In this document: piece after piece, positions 55,085-64,000 of the stretch
How the letters are laid out: each line of letters opens with the position of its first letter
Position numbering within the stretch: position 1 is the stretch's first letter
Assembly (NCBI GenBank): GCA_964016885.1
Contig: OZ024741.1
Span: forward strand, 407,216,001 to 407,280,000
Direction: 5' to 3'
From: Eledone cirrhosa
Taxonomy: Eukaryota
DNA: 64,000 nt
Position numbers and translations under genes: made by a program
The notes under the pieces: generated by a model
The model's input: the letters and a program-made list of their open reading frames with translations, nothing else
What the model was told of the DNA's origin: nothing
Database searches by the model: none

Positions 55085-55977
55085 TGTGTAGTAATATCAC
55101 AATAGCCCAGTAATACTGTATTAAACCATTTAAGTAAAAGATAGGATCTCAAGATTCCCTGGTTTTCTCCTTTACCAGTTTTAAATAATAAATCTACAAG
55201 AAGGGTAACTACTATTCATTAACATTCTTACAACTGAAGTAGATTTCATTCTATGATATAATTATTATTGTATGATACATAATAAAAACATATTTTACTA
55301 ATATGTTATAGAATATTATGAAACAAAATGATAGACAACCAAAATACATAGCCTTAAATTCCCCAACGATGTCACATGTATCTGAGCTGCAGATACAGGT
55401 GTGTACTGCTTACAGTACCCGGAAATATCACCCACACAAACAAACTGAACTGCCCATACTGCAAGTAGATTAATGCCATATTCGAATAGCAAGAGATACA
55501 TTTATGTATCCCACAATTAAACAACTCCAGATGGCCAAAATCTACCCTTTTCGTACCTCTCCCAAATCTCCATTTCTCAATTATAGTAGTGCAGTAATCT
55601 TTACTCCCACGTAGAATGAATCCATACTTTCTATCGTATTCCCTCCACACTCCACACTTAATATGTGATATTAAACCGTCCCAAAATCTATCCTTCTTCA
55701 TTCCGATCATGATAAAATTATTTCCATTACACCCAAACAATATTAAAACTAGTCCAATATCCTCACAATCTTCTCACGTTTTCTCTCTCCTCTCTCGCCA
55801 TCAAATTCTCATACTGAAAATCTGTTTACATTGTGGGCAAACCAATTCAATCTTTATCCATTTATGGTCAGACACGTATTCACCTCCTAACCGTTGTCAA
55901 CGTTTTGTAAAGCTCAGATAAAATCCACCATGGAATACTTTTAGCATATCTTAGATGTTGCTATATCTGCATATTAG

Positions 55978-56152
55978 GACATTCGAGATGGATTGACATG
56001 GAGTAACTCATCAATATAATTCAGATTCTGGCCCACACGGTCATTCAAGACAGATTAGCATGGAGTAACTCACCAATATAATTCAGATTCTGGCCCACAC
56101 GGACATTCGAGACAGATTGGCATCGAGTAACTCCCCAATATAATTCAGATTC
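55978..56152. repeat. ~61-bp tandem repeat, 3 copies
   Basis: cattcgagacagatt..catggagtaactca.caatataattcagattctggcccacacgg repeated. Confidence 0.9.
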
Positions 56153-57218
56153 TATCTCACGTAATTTCCACCTGTGTACTCTTATGTTACCACCACTATT
56201 TCAGTGAATTCTGCTCTGCAAAGCTGGCTAAAATCTTACCACGTTTGTCCAGCTACACACTGCTGACTTGTCCGTTCTGTCAAATATATTGTGGGCATCT
56301 TCCCAACATCCCTACTAACGGCCATAATCACACGTCCTCCACTGAATGTTAGGACCCTTCAATTCTCTCACTGTTCATGTTTCCCTACAGTCAGCGTATT
56401 CTAGTTGTCCAATGTCACCAGCCTCGCTCTAAATGTTCTATTAGCATATAAATACCAGCTGCACTGATATCACCAATATGTGTTGACCTGTGAAGTACAT
56501 CAGTATAGTTCAATTCTTCTAACCAAACACAAACGTTAGCAAAACTTGTTCAATCAAAATCAAGGTTTGCATTCAAGCCTTTGCATCCTAGGAGGCTACA
56601 TATAGAAATACCCTTCTTACCCTTCTATGCATGAATATTCGATAAAATGTCATATATGGCGTAATAACTTGAAAATTGAACTTCTCCGCCCAGGCATCCT
56701 AGGATCTGCACCCTATATAGAAATGTCCTACTAGGGATGAATACACAACAAAATATGCTACATCACATAGTTAATATATATACCCATGGAATTTATTCTT
56801 TCACCATGTTAAACCAATTTAGTAAAACATTACTCAATATAGCATATAGCATTATGACAGGGAGGTCGTTCTCTGTAAAAGTGTGTTCTGCCCAATAATA
56901 AAGTGTTGATTAGTTTATGTTTTTAATTAGACATAGAGAGGAGATGGGCTCAGCCAGGTTTAATCTAATGCCCAGAAACGCTGTAGATCAATACGGTGCC
57001 CTTACAATCCCATCAGAAGTTACGGTGCCATGCATGCATAATTTTAATCACTAAGTTTACTTTCTGCTGAACTATAAAAAATATCTTTAAATATTTGAAA
57101 TGCATGAGAATTAATGATTCTAAATAAATAAATAAGATGAATAAATATATTGATAATTTAATGTTCCTTGCTGTTTAATCTTTAAACTCATGAAATGATT
57201 TTTAATTGCTTTTAACAG

Positions 57219-57380
57219 GAACTTAAAGAATTGGCTGCTCTTGCATACCGAGACACCACCGCTGAAAACCGTGAATTCTGGAGGAACGAACTGTCTCAAG
57301 CTATTCGTGACATCCAACAAGAATATGATGCCAAATGTGATCAAATGCGAGGAGATATGGAAGCATATTACAACCTCAAA
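57219..57380 (+). CDS. NF70: Intermediate filament exon, linker L12 / coil 2a
   Basis: Acceptor ttttaacAG, donor GTAAGA at 57381. 162 nt, phase 0/0: ELKELAALAYRDTTAENREFWRNELSQAIRDIQQEYDAKCDQMRGDMEAYYNLK (LxxAIRDIxxEY motif). Confidence 0.95.
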
Positions 57381-58713
57381 GTAAGAGTCTTTTGTTTTAT
57401 GTTATCAAATTCATAATTAATCAACTAAACTTTACATGTATTGATTTGTAAAGTTAATCACATATGGGAACATGAATTTGACATTATGGTCAATTTATCC
57501 AATCCTATATTAGGCCTTCTCACTCATGTTGGAGAAACCCTTCTCTGGTTGATGTCTACCAGTTTCTGTTTAGTCCTTTTGTCAAGTCAGGGGTGTAGCC
57601 AGTTGGTGAGAGGCTCTTTAATCCAGTGGATGACCATTGAATCTGAGGAGTTCATCCGCCCTTTTAACAGATCTTGTTGATTTTTTTTTGCTGTTGGGGT
57701 TTCACTTACCCTCCTCGCTGGGCCAGTGTCTAATGGGGGAGCTAGCTTTGTTGCTGACCACTCGATCATGTAGCAGGTTATATTGGGTTACATCGTACTA
57801 GCAGCAGGCAGAACCCTGACCTGACCAGAGAAGCATTTAGTGGGGGAGCCGGTTTAGTAAACGACCACTCGACCATAAAGCAGATAGTGCTATGTTACGT
57901 GGTGCCAGTAGGAGACTGAAGCTTGACACGAGCTGCCTAACTAAACTGTGGTAACTATTGCTATACTTTGCAGTTAATATGGCCTACCCTTCGGACAGGC
58001 ATATAACGCAGTTTGCTTCAGTTAACGTAGTGAATTAAATCCCTTCTTATATCAGAAATGACAGGGGGTGAAGAGCAGAAGGGTATAGCCAACTCCGTTG
58101 AAATGACACTATATACATGTCTACGTTTGCAAACTCGCTCCCATCCATGCTAAGAAATAAACTTTGAAAACATAAAAAATGTTTAAGGATTTCTTAAGTC
58201 AGCAGCATTCTTAAAACCGGTTGTTTGAACTCAGTACCTTTCGGAGCACAATGGAAACATGATCAATCATGTCAACAGTACCTCTATTATCATTACCATG
58301 CTAACAACCGTTCTAACAAAAAAATATTAAAGAGGTTTTAATTTAAATGTAAAGTGTTGTGGGTCATATGTTAGATTTCAAGATGGAATGCTGTGCTGGG
58401 TGTGTGCTCTTACGACAGTCACTCTATTTCACATTATTCTTGTTGGTTCAGCAGAGCATAAGTACCATCAGGAAGTTGGGAATAGCTTTATGAAGGACTA
58501 TCAGGAAAGGGTTTATTTCTCTTGGTTGCTTAAAACCCACGAGATCTGGATAAACACCAGGTTTCAGGAAGATCACAAATGTATGGCGGAAACGTGTAAA
58601 GCGTTACTTCTAACTTACCTATATAATTTAAACATTGTTCTAAAGAAATATGTCTTCACCTGATAATATGAAACAGAGAGCAATAGTTAACATTATTTCT
58701 TATCTGTTGACAG

Positions 58714-58839
58714 GTCCAAGAATTCCGTACCGGTGCTACCAAACAAAATATGGAAGTTACTCGCAATAAGGAAGAAAATGTAAAACTGAAAAGCAATATG
58801 AATGAAGTTCGCAACAGACTCACTGACCTAGAAGCAAGG
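58714..58839 (+). CDS. NF70: Intermediate filament exon, coil 2
   Basis: Acceptor tctgttgacAG, donor GTATGT at 58840. 126 nt, phase 0/0: [42 protein letters not shown]. Confidence 0.95.
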
Positions 58840-58900
58840 GTATGTGTTGTTATTGACAATTTATTTTCAGACATGTTATGTTTATATTATGTACACACAC

Positions 58901-59026
<126 letters not shown>

Positions 59027-60056
59027 ACAGATGTATGAAGTATTTTTATAGTATAATGCAATGCTATACTGTATTGTATAAAGTTAGTGAATTGCCTAAA
59101 GATGTAATATTGTTAACGTCTATAAAATATGTTTCAAGTCAGCAACGCGTAGAAATATTCTAGTATGTTCATAAGAAACATATTTCTATAACACTTCGGT
59201 ATTATTCTGGAACATTGTTGAGAAGATGAAAATCTTTTCAAAGATTGGATTCCTTTACTTCAGTCATATACGTGTAGTATATAAATGCCGTATATTAGCA
59301 ATAGAGACATTGACAAAAGGTGGCAACAGCAATTATAATCAAAATATTAATATTTAATAAAGGTCATATATTATATATAATATGAACATATGGACAGTTC
59401 TATTATCAACGACATATTAACAAAGTTTATATAACGCCGAGTCATTGTCTGTGACATTTGATTTCAGTGTCGAAAATAATGTCAGTTCTATTTAAGTTAC
59501 CTAATTATTATGGAGATATTATTTTCCGTCTTTGTGTCAAATATATAAGTTGACGCTGGATGTGGGGAGAGAAGGAGACGACTCTACGACTTATGTGTTG
59601 ATGTTGTAATACATTAACTTATCAAGTTATCCTTAAACCAAATAAACATGGTCTGGATTCTAGAAACCCAAGAATACAATATATGTGAGGCTGGACAAAC
59701 AACATCATATACATAAGAAAGTATTGTCAAAGATGTCATAAAATAGATGAATTGAATTTTGATAAAGAATAAATTAAATATGGAATTATGATAAATAACA
59801 CAATATATAGCACAAAATATAACATATAATATGGAGAATAAACATAAATAGTGAGCTAAATGAAGCCCATGACCACATAGATGTATTAAGCTGAATAGCA
59901 GATTACAATCTACCACCAAATTGGAAATATTTGTCCACCTCTACAGAAATGATAAAATATCGAAACTTCACTTCTTGGGTTCAAAAAAGCTGTAAGGTTT
60001 GACCAGGCGATTTAGAATTTACAGAAAAGCCAAAGAAATATTATTCAAGAAATAAT

Positions 60057-60222
60057 TGTTTCTACTTTTGCCACAAGGCCAGCAATTATCCAGTGCATTA
60101 CTGATACTTTATCTTATCGACTCCGTAAGAAAGAAAGGCGAAGTTAACATCGGTGGGATTTGACCTCAGAACCTAAAGAGCTGCAAAGCATAGTGTCTGA
60201 CGCTGATACAGCTAATCCATCA
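60057..60222 (-). mobile_element. SINE family A, short form with 17-bp TSD
   Basis: TSD attattcaagaaataat at 60040-60056 and 60223-60239. Confidence 0.88.
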
Positions 60223-60502
60223 ATTATTCAAGAAATAATAATGTCCTATCAAATGGGATACGTATCTTTCCATCAGATATATTCAGAATAAGTTTTACTC
60301 CTGCAAAGAAAGAATCACAAATATATTTATATATTTATTGCATATATTCAGTAAATGTAAAGAATAACTTGATGCGACATTTGTAATTTGAAAACAAATT
60401 AGATGTTTCGATTGTTTTATATTGGCACCATAGAGAGTATCAACTGATTTATATTGGGACTATGTTTGTTTACCAATATTATATTATTGAATATAATATA
60501 TA

Positions 60503-60661
60503 GGGCGGTGGATTGGCAGTAACGGTAGAGGGTCGGACGCCATGCTTTTACGCAGAGTTACGGCCCTTTATGATCTGAGTTCAAATCCCGCCGAGGTTAA
60601 CTTTGCCTTTCATCCTTACGGGGGTCGATAAAATAAAGTACCAGTAATACACTGGTAGAAA
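60503..60661 (+). mobile_element. SINE family A with 21-bp flanking direct repeat
   Basis: caatattatattattgaatat at 60474-60494 and 60662-60682; intact head gggcggtggattggcagtaacgg. Confidence 0.9.
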
Positions 60662-61634
60662 CAATATTATATTATTGAATATTAATTAAGCATCACATAT
60701 TTAGAGTATATTCAGATATAACTTCAGGTTATTATGAATTAGATGGAGTTTTTCAGAATGTAAAATACAGAATATACCATAAAGCATTTTGTCCGACATT
60801 CTAACGAATCTTGACCGTCTGGACAATTATAAATATAGTAATAGCTATTTATCTAAGATTGTAGGACGGTTAGAGCCAATTAACTGATTGCTGGCTGTCA
60901 CATTTGACGAGCATGTTCTCAAGGACAGCTGTTAAACATTATTTTCTGTTTTGTGAAGGAAGGAAGGTAAATGCCCTGGCATTTTCCAGAGCCTGCAAGA
61001 CCGCTGGGAGGGGAGAATTTATCTTCAGATTGGGGGTCTGTTCCAAATGGTTATAACGGAATGGCCTATCGCAAAACTCGATAAATTATTGAGTTGTAGA
61101 TGTGTGTATTTTTCTGTATATAAACATAAAGATTTGCGTGAGATTACGTATGTATATTGAAATATAAATAGACTGAAGTATATTTTTTTTAATGGAATAT
61201 TAGATTGGCTGGGTTAGCGAATAGGTTATTATATTCTGATCATAATTAAAATCACAAGACAGAGTTCAATTTTTACCCTCAAGTTTAATTAATAGGTCAT
61301 AGTAGCAGATATGTGGCTCATTAAAAGCGATGTTTTTTCATAATAGACAAGGACGTGTACATATAATACAAGATATGTTAGAAACACAAGGAATACAATA
61401 TATGTGAGGCTGGACAAACATCATCTTTTAAATAACAATGGCAGGTCAGAGGCGTCATAAAATAAACGAATTGAATTTCGATAAACATAAATTAAATATA
61501 GAATTAGTATAAATGTAACACAAAATATAACATACAACATGGAAAACAAACATGAATAATGAATTTACGTTGTGAATTTACACTGACAAGTTTTAGTTTA
61601 AAACTAAACATTTATTTTATATTAATTCTTTCAG

Positions 61635-61855
61635 AATGCTCAAATGGAAAGAACAAATCAAGACTTGATGCGAGAATTAGACGAAAAAGACAGGCAAAAT
61701 GAGCTAGAAAGTTCTCAATACAAAGAAGAAATTACCAAGTTACGCGGAGAAATGGAAAGCATTTTGAAAGAATTGCAAGATTTGATGGATATCAAACTAT
61801 CACTTGAATTGGAAATTGCTGCATACAGGAAGTTGTTGGAAGGTGAAGAGACCAG
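61635..61855 (+). CDS. NF70: Intermediate filament exon, end of coil 2 with the IF signature
   Basis: Acceptor ttctttcAG, donor GTAGGT at 61856. 221 nt, phase 0/2: [12 protein letters not shown]...[24 protein letters not shown](R), the canonical IF rod-end signature. Confidence 0.97.
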
Positions 61856-64000
61856 GTAGGTGATACTTTAATGTTTGTTTTACTATCATTGTTGCTTTGT
61901 TTTCTTTATCGAGTGTCTATGAAGATTGAATGATGTTTGAAATGCGTTCACGTTTGTCAAATAATTTCTTAGACCAAAGAAATAGCATTATATATTTCTA
62001 TATATTACGTAGATGAAACTGGTAGAATGTTATACTAATTGGATTAAGTTTAATCACATTAAGTAAATATTATCAATTAGAGTACTGATTGAGATCTAGT
62101 ATTCGATTTAGTAACTACTAATATAAAACAGAATGTGTAATCTATTCACTGATGGTCTTTACAAATATAAGAAGTATTATTTTAATATTAGAGGAGGGAT
62201 TACTTCAGATCAAGATGAATGCTTGAGATCAATTGTATATGTTCCAGATATTATACCAGAATATATAAACCTACCAAGTCTTCATAGATCAAATAGTTGG
62301 AAACGTTTTTAAGGCTTATCTTTAAGAGTTCCGTGTATAACATATTCATATTTAATTTCCCCCCGAAAATATTTTAATCGAACTATCTATTGGTCGATGT
62401 ATTTTGACGGACGGAACTGAAATAAATTGCAAAATATTTTGTTCACGCAAAAGAACATCTTGCATTATGTTAAAGGATCCTGGTCGGTTTTGGCGATCTG
62501 TATTCAATAGTTAGATAAACAGATCTGTCTGCTGTGTGTATAAATCTGTGTATTCCACAGATACGTGTGCCCTTAACGTATACCTCCGGCGCAATCAGTA
62601 TGACATAGTGTGTGACTAGGTTAGACTTTTAAGTTTAGTGATATAACTTAGCTAGCGGACAACTGCACAGTTTCTTTCAACTTAGTTTCCGTTAGAAGGC
62701 TTCTATCAACAGATGACAAGGCTAAAGATACTAGAGTTAATGCAATGGTGCTGGAAAACATTAGGTTTAAGGCATAGGATTTGGAATTGCAAAGTAAAAT
62801 TCTCAAATATTTAGCCAATTTGCGTCTACTAACTGCTATTTTACATATTAATCCTATACACCTTCATATATGTAAAATATTGCAATAGGATATTATGTAT
62901 TTGTTCTATCGCTAATAATATATCCTTTAGCAGAGATTTCAGCCTAAAGAATTAATATAAACGCTTTTGAAATGGTGAATTTGTATAGAAAATTATGAAT
63001 TATTGGGAAATCAAATCGGTAGCATGTTATACTTTTTAAACGACCGATCACGTAAGTTGAGAAAAGATTTGTATATTTTCTACAGCTCCTTTGCTTTTGT
63101 ATTTACAAGCAGAAAACAATACGAAACATTTCTCATTAACGTCATTACATGCATCATCATTAATAAGCGTGATTATTTCTTTGTGGATTAAATCCTAATT
63201 TCAAGTCGAGTTTCATCAAGGCATTCCTGAGCGCATCACTCAATTAATTAGTGTTCGCTATCTGTTACTCATTTCTTTATCATATTTTTGTATGTTTATT
63301 TAAGTGTAATTTCATTATTCATTACCTTCAGAGTATTATTGAAATGCATTGGAGCACAGATTAATAATACTTATTTTTAAAATTGTAGTAATAACGTAAT
63401 TTGAAAACTACATTTAACTTACGATTTGATAAACTATTTCGGCTTTGTTTATATATATTCATGAAACTAGAGTAAAAAATAGGGAAAAATTATTCCTGCC
63501 TTGTAATTCTTTATGTAGAGAAAAGAATATACCGATATTAATTATTGTATAAATATACATTTTAAAATATATCAATGAAAGTATAAATGTTAAGATGTGT
63601 GACAATGTATTTCACTGTTGTAATGAAGTCGCTATCATACGTCAAGCTTTATTTAAGTTCACAGCTTCAAGAAATACAAAAACGGTCCTAACATTTTGCA
63701 AATCCTTTCTTCAAATTCTTACGTTCAAATTTATGGCATAAATCTGGAAATGTGGCTATACATCTCACTGTTTTGTCTATTAGTGGTGTGTTTGATGATA
63801 ATTGCATTTAAATTAAATAAGCTTTTGGGCATGAATATTTATTGCAGAAACTATTCTGTGTATGTTCACTTACCTTATAATTTGCGTGGTCTTAATGTGA
63901 AGAAAGTGTCGTAGTATTATACCACTGCAGTTTAAATTTCGTTCTTGGCTTCTTTTAAGTTTAATATTTATATATAATGAGTAAGTTCTATGCTATTGCT

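Larger units (their letters stand above)
59660..61562 (+). repeat. Diverged ~190-bp direct duplication (59660-59855 / 61378-61562)
   Basis: Shared blocks gaatacaatatatgtgaggctggacaaaca, gtcataaaata.a.gaattgaattt.gataaa and cacaaaatataacata. Confidence 0.85.

Noticed and set aside
58560-58603. CAGGAAGA...GAAACGTGTA resembling a Penelope-type minimal hammerhead
   Set aside because: Two core mismatches and poor stems; not supportable without a family consensus.
63332-63380. Possible next (tail) exon after the acceptor-like ttaccttcAG
   Set aside because: The phase-2 reading gives a short non-IF peptide ending in a stop, with no recognisable similarity or donor.

Overview
AT-rich, microsatellite-dense eukaryotic DNA, most likely from a coleoid cephalopod (Octopus); this is inferred from the repeat families and the protein. 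The only host gene I can support is part of a + strand cytoplasmic intermediate-filament gene resembling squid neurofilament NF60/NF70/NF220. Five rod-domain exons are present (38213-38399, 54694-54789, 57219-57380, 58714-58839, 61635-61855), all GT-AG and in frame. The head/coil-1a exon and the tail exons are not visible, so most or all of the window is probably intronic. The introns contain tRNA-derived SINEs (at least three families), 3' fragments of CR1- and RTE-type LINEs, mariner/pogo-, hAT- and piggyBac-like MITEs, minisatellites and simple repeats. The most interesting signal is a dispersed set of short elements, mostly next to (TA)n tracts, carrying type I hammerhead ribozyme motifs (Penelope-like/retrozyme-like). 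One is almost canonical (44925-44975, - strand). One has its core replaced by a perfect 128-bp inverted copy of nearby DNA (21454-21641), and several others are truncated or degenerate. Nearly all other ORFs in the track are microsatellite artefacts. All alignments were done by eye and family names are from memory, not database searches.
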